Below are positions 1 to 7,228 of a stretch of 32,000 bases of DNA, piece by piece (position 1 is the first letter of the stretch; each line of letters opens with the position of its first letter). This DNA is from Pirellula staleyi DSM 6068 (GTDB lineage: Bacteria; Planctomycetota; Planctomycetia; Pirellulales; Pirellulaceae), in assembly GCA_000025185.1 (NCBI GenBank), contig CP001848.1, positions 4,170,001 through 4,202,000 on the forward strand. The letters run 5' to 3'. The position numbers were made by a program, and so were the translations under genes. Below the pieces are notes generated by a model that saw nothing but the letters and a program-made list of their open reading frames with translations, was not told the origin of the DNA and did no database searches.

Positions 1-191
1 GTGAATTTGACAACGATCATCGAGGGCCTGTGAACCTGGATCTCGATGTGACCGGTGCGCGTCGATTGGTGATTCTGCTCGAGCCGCTGGGGCCCGACTT
101 GCGAGCGCAGTTGCTCCTCTGTCAGCCCCGCTTATCCCGCTAAAACCGACCGCCACGCCCGTCGACCCGATGAGGCCAGAAGGCAAGCACG

Positions 192-2042
192 ATGAAGATG
201 ATTTTTTCCACCGCGAAACAGCTGATCGCCGCACTCTTCGTCGCGCTTTTGCAACTGAGTGACGCCGCGATCGCGCTGGCGCAAGAGGCGACGGAAGATA
301 CTGTCGCCAAATCGGCCACGCTGGTTCCCGCTGCTGTTCTTGAAGCGGAGAACAAACGGATCTTGGCGATCGAGCGTGGTGTCCGCTCGACGATCTCGGT
401 CTTCTCCGCCGATGGCAATGGTGGTGGCTCGGGGGTGATGGTTTCGGCCGATGGCTATGCCCTCACCAACTTCCACGTGGTGCAGCCTTGCGGCAACTTT
501 ATGAAATGCAGCTTGCCCGACGGCAATCTCTACGATGCCGTGGTGGTGGGGATCGATCCGACTGGCGATGTGGCGCTCATCAAGCTGCTGGGACGCGATG
601 ACTTCCCACCCGCCACGCTGGCCGATAGCGACAAAGTCCGCGCCGGTGATTGGTGCTTTGCGGTGGGCAATCCATTCCTGCTGGCGACCGATTTTCAGCC
701 GACCGTGTCGTATGGCATCGTGTCGGGAGTGCATCGCTATCAATACCCGGCCGGCACTTTGCTCGAATACGCCGACTGCATTCAAACCGATGCCGCGATC
801 AATCCGGGTAACTCCGGAGGGCCTTTGTTTAATAGCAGCGGCGAACTGATTGGTGTGAATGGACGTGGCTCGTTCGAAAAACGGGGCCGGGTGAATGTCG
901 GGGTGGGCTATGCCATCTCGATCAACCAGATCAAGCATTTCATGGGCTGTTTGCGAAGCGGACGGATCGTCGACCACGCGACAGCGGGCTTCAGTGTTGC
1001 CACCGCTGCTGAAGGGGGCGTGCTCGTTTCGAACATCCTCGAATCGAGCGATGCCTATAAGCGGGGCCTCCGCTACGACGACGAAATCATCGCCTTCGGC
1101 GGCCGCTCGGTGAATTCGGCCAACGCTTTCAAAAACATCCTCGGGATCTTTCCTAAAGGGTGGAAGGTTCCGCTCACCTATCGCAACGAGGCAGGCACCC
1201 ACGACATCGTGGTGCGACTCACCGGCGTGCATGGGGAAGAAGAACTGATCGGACTCGTGCAAAAGCAGGTCGAGGCAGAAGGCCCCAAGCCCATGCCCCG
1301 CCCGATGCCTATGCCCATGCCCGGTGAAGAAAAGCCAGGCGCAGAGAAACCGGAAGAGAAAAAAGCAGCGCCAGCCCCTGCCACCAAACCGGGCGTGCCT
1401 CCGGTGAGCGACGAGCTGAAAAAATGGTTCGTCGGTCGACTCGGCTATGCCAACTATCACTTCAATAAGCTCGAGCTCGATCGCGTTTGGTCGTCGGCCA
1501 CCCAAGACTGCAATCTTGCCGAGGCAACAGGCACCTGGAAGATCGCCGGGACGATCGAAGGCAAAGGTGATTTTCTTTGCGAGCTCTCGAGTACCAAGGC
1601 TTCGATGACCCTAGCCGGGACCACAATTGAGCTTGATCTCGCGAAAGATCTCGACGAGCAAAAAGGTCCAGTAGGGACCGGCGGCTTACTAGTCTCGCTC
1701 TATTTGTGGCGGATGATGCTGGTCGAAGGTCCGGCCAAGTATGGCGAGGTCAGTTACTACGGAACGGCTCCCGATCCTGGTTTTCTCGCGGAAAATGCCG
1801 TGATGTACGATGTATTGTCGGCTGTTCGCAATGTGGTGGAATCGCAACTGCAGTTTTCGCCGAGCGATGGCCGTTTGGCGATTGTCGAATCGCTGGTCGA
1901 CCCCGATGCCGATCCTTGTCGCCTCGTGATGAGCGACTACAAAGCGGCCGGGCCGATGCAGCTTCCCCATCGTTTGTCGATCTCGACCGGCGGTGTGCTG
2001 TATGGCGATTTGGTGATCAGCAGTTTTGAAGTCAGCAAGTAA
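192..2042 (+). CDS. Secreted HtrA/DegP-like S1C serine protease with PDZ-like domain (catalytic triad intact)
   Basis: 616-aa ORF with an N-terminal signal peptide (MKMIFSTAKQLIAALFVALLQLSDAAIALAQE). Trypsin-fold motifs carry an intact triad: TNFHVV (His codon 474-476), GDVALIKL (Asp codon 567-569), INPGNSGGPLF (Ser codon 813-815). A PDZ-like segment follows (GVLVSNILESSDAYKRGLRYDDEIIAFGG). A Pro/Met/Lys-rich linker lies at about 1276-1400, then about 215 aa at the C-terminus that I cannot assign. Confidence 0.85.
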   Translation: MKMIFSTAKQLIAALFVALLQLSDAAIALAQEATEDTVAKSATLVPAAVLEAENKRILAIERGVRSTISVFSADGNGGGSGVMVSADGYALTNFHVVQPCGNFMKCSLPDGNLYDAVVVGIDPTGDVALIKLLGRDDFPPATLADSDKVRAGDWCFAVGNPFLLATDFQPTVSYGIVSGVHRYQYPAGTLLEYADCIQTDAAINPGNSGGPLFNSSGELIGVNGRGSFEKRGRVNVGVGYAISINQIKHFMGCLRSGRIVDHATAGFSVATAAEGGVLVSNILESSDAYKRGLRYDDEIIAFGGRSVNSANAFKNILGIFPKGWKVPLTYRNEAGTHDIVVRLTGVHGEEELIGLVQKQVEAEGPKPMPRPMPMPMPGEEKPGAEKPEEKKAAPAPATKPGVPPVSDELKKWFVGRLGYANYHFNKLELDRVWSSATQDCNLAEATGTWKIAGTIEGKGDFLCELSSTKASMTLAGTTIELDLAKDLDEQKGPVGTGGLLVSLYLWRMMLVEGPAKYGEVSYYGTAPDPGFLAENAVMYDVLSAVRNVVESQLQFSPSDGRLAIVESLVDPDADPCRLVMSDYKAAGPMQLPHRLSISTGGVLYGDLVISSFEVSK

Positions 2043-2100
2043 TGTCGGTCAGCATGATGTGTTGGGTGAGCGATCTGTCTGGTGCAAGAGGGCTGCTGGT

Positions 2101-3123
2101 ATGCGTGAATCCGTGAATCTGCTCGGGCTACTGGTCGCAGGCCTGCTTGTTGCCGCTGCTCTGCTCCCCACGAATCTGGCTGCCCAGTCGCTTCCCGAGG
2201 TGATTACGTCGGTCGAGCCGAAGATGGTGAAAATCTACGGCGCGGGGGGACTCGCGCGGCTCGAAGCGTATCAAAGTGGTTTCCTCATCAGTGGCGAAGG
2301 GCACATCCTGACTGTCTGGAGCTACGTGCTCGATAGCGATGTGATTACCACCGTACTGTCCGATGGCCGGCGACTCGATGCACAGCTCGTCGGCATGGAC
2401 CCGAAACTCGAAATCGCGGTGCTGAAGATCGACGCCACCGAGCTTCCCCATTTCGTGCTCGATGAAGCTGCTTCGCTCACTTCGGGAGATCGGGTCCTCG
2501 CATTTTCCAACTTGTATGGCGTGGCGGCTGGCGATGAGCCTTCGAGCGTTTTACATGGCTCGGTTTCGGCCCTGGCGCCACTTTCGGCCCGGCGCGGTGT
2601 TGCTGCGGCGGCCTATCGGGGACCGGTTTACGTCCTCGATGCGATGACGAATAACCCGGGCGCTGGTGGTGGCGCACTCACCGATCGAAGTGGGCGGATC
2701 GCGGGGATCCTCGGCAAAGAGATGAAGAGCTCGCTCAGCAGCACTTGGATCAACTACGCCATTCCGACGAGTGAACTGACGGAGAGTGTCCTCGATTTGA
2801 TGGCGGGGCGAGCGCGGCCTGTAGTGCGCGATGAAGGGGCCCCAAAGCCGAAAGAGCCGCACACACTGGCAGCGCTGGGAGTGAGCCTGGTCCCTGATTT
2901 TCTCGATAAAACGCCCCCTTTTGTCGAGGCGGTGAAGCTCGGCTCTCCGGCGGCCAAGGCAGGCGTTCGTCCCGATGATCTGGTGCTGTTTATCAACGGC
3001 ACTCTGGTGAGCAGCTGCAAACTGCTGACCGAAGAGGTGAGCTACATCGATCGCCTCGACATGGTGGTGCTGACGCTGCAGCGCGGCGACGAGCTGCTGG
3101 AAGTGACACTCACCAGCGAGTGA
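2101..3123 (+). CDS. HtrA-like trypsin-fold/PDZ protein, predicted catalytically inactive (pseudoprotease)
   Basis: The track ORF begins at a TTG (2026) that overlaps the upstream gene. The ATG at 2101 gives a clean signal peptide (MRESVNLLGLLVAGLLVAAALLPTNLAAQS). The protein aligns by eye to the upstream protease, but the triad positions read TVWSYV (His->Ser), LEIAVLKI (Asp->Glu) and NPGAGGGAL (Ser->Gly, codon 2665-2667). C-terminal PDZ segment: GSPAAKAGVRPDDLVLFINGT. Confidence 0.8.
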   Translation: MRESVNLLGLLVAGLLVAAALLPTNLAAQSLPEVITSVEPKMVKIYGAGGLARLEAYQSGFLISGEGHILTVWSYVLDSDVITTVLSDGRRLDAQLVGMDPKLEIAVLKIDATELPHFVLDEAASLTSGDRVLAFSNLYGVAAGDEPSSVLHGSVSALAPLSARRGVAAAAYRGPVYVLDAMTNNPGAGGGALTDRSGRIAGILGKEMKSSLSSTWINYAIPTSELTESVLDLMAGRARPVVRDEGAPKPKEPHTLAALGVSLVPDFLDKTPPFVEAVKLGSPAAKAGVRPDDLVLFINGTLVSSCKLLTEEVSYIDRLDMVVLTLQRGDELLEVTLTSE

Positions 3124-3180
3124 TCACGCGAGAAGTTGGTTGGGGTTTTGAGGTTGGCCGGCACTTTTTCGAGTCTTCTG

Positions 3181-5139
3181 ATGCGATTTGCTTACTCACT
3201 ACTCGTCGCTGCTCTCTCGCTCGTAGCCACTTTCGCGGCCACGGCCCAAGAGGTCGATTTGCTGCGACTCGAAGACGAAGCAGTGCGAGCTGCGGTGAGT
3301 CGCGTAGCTCCGTCGGTCGTGCGCATTGAAACGGTCGGCGGACTCGAGCGCGTCGGTGAAATATTGATTGGAGGTGGCCCCACGACGGGACTCGTCGTGA
3401 GTGAAGAGGGGCATGTCCTTTCGAGCGCGTTTAACTTTGTGCAGCAGCCGTCGGCGATTCTTGTCGTCCTGCCCAGTGGCGCACGCGCTCCAGCCACCAT
3501 CGTCGCGCGCGATCAAAGTCGCATGCTCGTCCTGCTGAAGGTGACCACGAGCGAAAAGCTGATCGTGCCGCAGACCGTGAAACGGAGTGATCTGCGCGTC
3601 GGTCAGTGGACCATCGCGGTCGGTCGCACGTTCGATCAAGCGGAGCCGAGTGTTTCGCTCGGTGTGCTGAGCGCGAAAGATCGGGTCTGGGGGAAAGCGA
3701 TTCAAACCGATGCCAAGATCTCTCCGACCAATTACGGGGGACCTTTGATCGATATTGAAGGTCGTGTCGCTGGCATTCTCGTGCCGCTGTCGCCTCAAGG
3801 GGGTGATAGTGAAGTCGCTGGTGCCGAGTGGTATGACTCGGGGATCGGCTTCGCAGTTCCGCTCGATGAAATGCTGCCCAGACTCGAGGCCATGAAGCAT
3901 GGTAAAGATCAACTCCCTGGCCTCCTCGGGATTGCGATGAAGCAGGGGAGCCCTTACTCGACCCCTCCAGAGATTATCGCCGCACAAGCCGGTTCGCCCG
4001 CTTCGAAGGCGGGGATCAAAAAGGGAGATGTGATTGTCGAAGCTGCTGGGCGACCGATCGTTCGTCAATCGCAGCTGAAGCATGTGCTCGGCGCGATGTA
4101 TGCGGGGGATAAGGTTGAGCTGGTCGTGAAACGTGGCGATGAGCGCGTGCCACTGACGGCGGAACTGGTCGATAAGCTCGAGCCTTATTCGCATCCCTTC
4201 TTGGGACTCTTGCCGCGGCGCGATAACGGCGATGCTCGTGTGGTGCGCTTTGTCTATCCCGATAGCCCGGCCGCGAAGGCGGGGATTGTGGCGGGGGATA
4301 TCCTCGCGAAGATCGGTGGCGTCGATGCCAAACGCACTGCCGCTGAACTTCACGAGCAACTCGCGGCCGTTGATCCCAAGCAAAAGCTGCAGGTAGAAGT
4401 GGTCCGCGGCGGGGCTGCTATGCCAATCGAACTGCAACCTGCGGTTCAGCCCGAAGTGGTGGCGGCTGATGTTCCTCCGGCGGTGGCTGGTGAACTGCCT
4501 GCGATCGACGCGGCTTATCCTGCCGGGCTGATCGATATCAAGCTGGCTGAAGATGCAGCGGTGGCTAAGCTGCTTGTGCCGTCGAGCTATCGCGCGTCGA
4601 TACCGACGGGGCTGCTCGTGTGGGTGGCACCTCCGGGGAAGTTCGATGTCGAGAAGTGGCGTGCGGCGTGGGAGCCTTGGTGCACCGATCATCAACTCAT
4701 CGCCCTGGCGGTGACGAGTAGTGATGCCTCGCGCTGGCAGCCCACCGAAGCGCCACTGATTCGCAAACTGGTCGACGAAGCGCTGCGACAATATCCGGTC
4801 GACGCCACTCGCGTGGTGATCCTTGGCGAGAGCGCCGGCGGAACGATGGCTCTGCTGGTGGCGGGGAGTGAGCGAGATCGCTTTCGCGGGGTCGCTTCGA
4901 TCGATGCTCCGCCGGCGGCTCGGTCGGCTGTGCCGCAGCCTGACGTGGTGAATCGTTTGGCGGTGCTCTTGGTGGCGTCGAAAGAATCCCCCTCGGAGAA
5001 ACTGATGGTCGCGGCAGCGGCCAAGTATCGTGCCGCTTCGATGCCAGTGACCTTGGTGGAGGTGGAAGCGGGGAAGGGGACGAGCGACGAGACCCGGGCG
5101 AGCATCGTCCGCTGGATCGATACGCTCGACCGTCTCTAG
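3181..5139 (+). CDS. HtrA-like trypsin-fold protein with two PDZ domains and a C-terminal alpha/beta-hydrolase-like domain; protease triad absent
   Basis: The track ORF starts at a TTG (3136). The ATG at 3181 gives the signal peptide MRFAYSLLVAALSLVATFAATAQE. The trypsin-fold core is present (IQTDAKISPTNYGGPLIDIEGRVAGILV), but the triad positions read SAFNFV (no His), RMLVLLKV (Asp->Met) and TNYGG (Ser->Tyr, codon 3733-3735). Two PDZ segments: GSPASKAGIKKGDVIVEAAG and DSPAAKAGIVAGDILAKIGG. The C-terminal domain has a GESAG nucleophile elbow (Ser codon 4831-4833). Confidence 0.8.
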   Translation: MRFAYSLLVAALSLVATFAATAQEVDLLRLEDEAVRAAVSRVAPSVVRIETVGGLERVGEILIGGGPTTGLVVSEEGHVLSSAFNFVQQPSAILVVLPSGARAPATIVARDQSRMLVLLKVTTSEKLIVPQTVKRSDLRVGQWTIAVGRTFDQAEPSVSLGVLSAKDRVWGKAIQTDAKISPTNYGGPLIDIEGRVAGILVPLSPQGGDSEVAGAEWYDSGIGFAVPLDEMLPRLEAMKHGKDQLPGLLGIAMKQGSPYSTPPEIIAAQAGSPASKAGIKKGDVIVEAAGRPIVRQSQLKHVLGAMYAGDKVELVVKRGDERVPLTAELVDKLEPYSHPFLGLLPRRDNGDARVVRFVYPDSPAAKAGIVAGDILAKIGGVDAKRTAAELHEQLAAVDPKQKLQVEVVRGGAAMPIELQPAVQPEVVAADVPPAVAGELPAIDAAYPAGLIDIKLAEDAAVAKLLVPSSYRASIPTGLLVWVAPPGKFDVEKWRAAWEPWCTDHQLIALAVTSSDASRWQPTEAPLIRKLVDEALRQYPVDATRVVILGESAGGTMALLVAGSERDRFRGVASIDAPPAARSAVPQPDVVNRLAVLLVASKESPSEKLMVAAAAKYRAASMPVTLVEVEAGKGTSDETRASIVRWIDTLDRL

Positions 5140-5496
5140 GACGCTGAACTGCTCGACAGCAGCGCAGCAGTAGCCCCCACAGCAGCGCGCCATTTCCAAT
5201 GACAGCAGCGCGCCAAATCTGCCCCCAAGGGGCGCGCGTGATGTTGCGCTTCTTGCGCTTTGGCGCGCGTATCTTGCCCTCCGGCGCGTCCTCGAATCGC
5301 CTTCCAGCAGCAGCCAATCTCCTCCGCTGCTAGCGGCCCTCTTGGCGGTAGTTTGGGCAGTCTGATGTGTGCTTGGGTCGACTGCGGGCTCTCTGAAGAT
5401 TGCGTGAAGTTTGACGCTTTTACCAATTGAACTCGATTTAACGGCCGTACTGGTCGATTCGTTTATTCGGGTCTTCACACATGGGGGGAATTTACC

Positions 5497-6690
5497 ATGC
5501 AATCGAAGTCGATCATTTGGGCTGCCTTGTTGGCGGCTTCTGCGTTTGTTTCTGTCGCTACCGCTCAGTATCCGATGCCGATGTCGGCCGGACCGATGCC
5601 AATGGGCCCAATGCCCGGCATGATGCAAGCCTCGTACATGCAGCCGATGCCGGGTGCTGCACCGATGGCTCCGCCGATGATGCCAGGGGGAATGCCTTGC
5701 ACCACGGCCGCTCCTGGTTGCGGTGATATTGCTGGTGCTGGTGCCTGTGGTGGCAACTGCGGCGATGGCTGTGGTTGTGCCGATGGCTGGACCGACAAGT
5801 GGACTGTCTTCGGCGAGTTCCTCTACGTTCGTCCTCGCGACGCCGAAGTCGCCTACGCTCAGGTCATCAACAGCAACGTTGGTGCCCTGCCTGTCGCACC
5901 GCTGGGCATCGTGGATCCCGAATTCAGCCCTGGTGTTCGCGTGGGACTCAACCGGTTCATGGACGAATGCTCGGCGATTCGCATCAGCTATGCCATGCTC
6001 GATTCGAACACCGAAAGCCAGATGACCTCGAACGCTCCGCTGGCACTTCGCTCGCTGGTGTTCCATCCTGGCACGGCCAACGCCGCTTCGGATGGCGATG
6101 AAGCCACCGCCGCCCTCGACGTCCGCTATCAGCTCATCGACGTCGACTATCGTGGCCTGATCGCTTACGACAACGAGTACAAACTCAACTATGTCGTGGG
6201 TGCTCGCTACGGTCGCCTCGAACAAGATTTCAATCACACCCTGGTGATTCCAGGTACCGAACAACTCGACACCACCGTCGATTTCGATGGTGCTGGTCTC
6301 AAGGTGGGTCTCGAATTCGAACGCTACGGACGCAATCGTCAGTGGTTCGTGTTTGGCAAGGCCAACGCCAGCATGCTGGGTGGCGACTTCCAAGCTCGTT
6401 ACACCCAAACCTCGCTCCCTGGTCCTGCTACCACGCCGGTGGATGTTAGCTGGGAAGCTGGTCGCCTTGTCACGATTACGGAACTCGAAGTCGGTCTCGG
6501 CTGGCAGAATTACTGCGGCAATTTCCGCGTCTCGGCTGGCTACACCGTCTCGTCGTGGTTCAACACGCTCAAGACCAACGAATGGATCTCGGCTGTGCAG
6601 AACGACAACTACGTCGACCCAGCCGACACCACGCTCGATGGCATGATGACCTTCGATGGTCTGACCGCCAAAGCCGAACTCCTCTGGTAA
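5497..6690 (+). CDS. Putative outer-membrane beta-barrel protein (Legionella MOMP / Lpg1974-like) with low-complexity N-terminal extension
   Basis: 397-aa ORF with a GGGGGAA Shine-Dalgarno-like motif about 8 nt upstream. Signal peptide MQSKSIIWAALLAASAFVSVATAQ. A 43-aa Pro/Met-rich tract (5569-5697) is followed by a 27-aa Cys/Gly-rich tract with 6 Cys (5698-5778). The remainder shows alternating amphipathic strand-like patterns (FRVSAGYTVSSWFN, LKVGLEFERYG), the entry motif WTVFGEFLYVRPRDAEVAYA that I recall from the Legionella-OMP family, and a C-terminal aromatic residue (AELLW). The family assignment is from memory, not a search. Confidence 0.6.
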   Translation: MQSKSIIWAALLAASAFVSVATAQYPMPMSAGPMPMGPMPGMMQASYMQPMPGAAPMAPPMMPGGMPCTTAAPGCGDIAGAGACGGNCGDGCGCADGWTDKWTVFGEFLYVRPRDAEVAYAQVINSNVGALPVAPLGIVDPEFSPGVRVGLNRFMDECSAIRISYAMLDSNTESQMTSNAPLALRSLVFHPGTANAASDGDEATAALDVRYQLIDVDYRGLIAYDNEYKLNYVVGARYGRLEQDFNHTLVIPGTEQLDTTVDFDGAGLKVGLEFERYGRNRQWFVFGKANASMLGGDFQARYTQTSLPGPATTPVDVSWEAGRLVTITELEVGLGWQNYCGNFRVSAGYTVSSWFNTLKTNEWISAVQNDNYVDPADTTLDGMMTFDGLTAKAELLW

Positions 6691-6790
6691 CAAGAGCCAG
6701 TTCGCTCGACGATCGGACAAGACCCCAGGCGGTCTGCCACCATTCGAAGAGAAGTCAGCAGACTGCTGCGTGAAGCAAAAAAACCCAAGG

Positions 6791-6823
6791 CCAGGCCTCG
6801 ATTGTTCGAGGTCTGGCTTTTTT
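6791..6823 (+). terminator. Rho-independent terminator downstream of the OMP gene
   Basis: 10-bp stem CCAGGCCTCG (6791-6800) / CGAGGTCTGG (6807-6816) with one G-U pair, loop ATTGTT, then CTTTTTT (6817-6823). An A-tract precedes the stem. Confidence 0.8.
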
Positions 6824-7228
6824 CGTGCGCTAGCGACAACTCACTCACAGGCTCTGTGGCTTCCTGTAGCCAAGCTGTAAGGGACGCTTCTCGTCCCGCA
6901 ATACGCCAGCCATCTCATCGGGTATCAGCGATTCGGCGATCCGCTGTACACATCACCCTTAGACTGGGGGAAAGAAGTTTCTGTGAATTTCCTGGATTTG
7001 CTTGCGGCGAAGGTTTGGAATGCTTACAAGATTTATGGGTTTTAGCGGTCGTAGCGACTTGACCGGTTATTCCGCCAACAGCTACGATCCTCCCCATATT
7101 GCCTGCTTTGCGCCATCCCTACATCGTTTGGCATTCATCTCTAGATTTTCATCGCCGTCATTTGCACCACTTCGTTTCAGTCAGCTAGCGGCTGATCGGC
7201 GGAGTGGGGCACGCCAAGGAGTTCAGCT

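Noticed and set aside
3-143. An open frame of 46 codons reaches the left window edge and ends at TAA 141-143 (...VNLDLDVTGARRLVILLEPLGPDLRAQLLLCQPRLSR).
   Set aside because: It could be the 3' end of an upstream gene, but 46 codons with no recognisable motif are too little to support a call.
132-1505. A 457-aa minus-strand ORF lies opposite the first protease gene.
   Set aside because: It is a shadow ORF antisense to a gene with an intact S1C triad and PDZ domain. Its composition is Arg/His/Gly-rich and it has no motifs.
2026-3180. The ORF track gives longer N-terminal extensions: TTG 2026, TTG 3136, and upstream starts at 25428, 27936, 30098 and 30937.
   Set aside because: In each case an internal ATG yields a canonical signal peptide or the N-terminus expected for the family. 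It also removes an Arg/Pro-rich extension or an overlap with the neighbouring gene. The shorter models were reported instead.
5569-5697. I considered that the Met-rich tracts (OMP and protease linker) are Cu(I)/Ag(I) sites regulated by the CusRS-like system at 19158-21297.
   Set aside because: The two loci are 12 kb apart and separated by unrelated genes and terminators. The tracts lack the MxxM/MxxxM/His patterns typical of copper-binding Met motifs. The kinase sensor loop shows no metal-ligand cluster. Nothing in the sequence ties them together.
3199-6720. A 1,173-aa ORF on the minus strand spans the third protease-like gene, the 357-nt spacer and the whole OMP gene.
   Set aside because: It is antisense to two ORFs with clear domain content. 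Its translation is Arg/His/Ser/Gly-rich low-complexity sequence with no recognisable motif, signal or start context. Long shadow ORFs are expected opposite GC3-rich genes. The absence of stops across the spacer is notable but is not evidence of coding.
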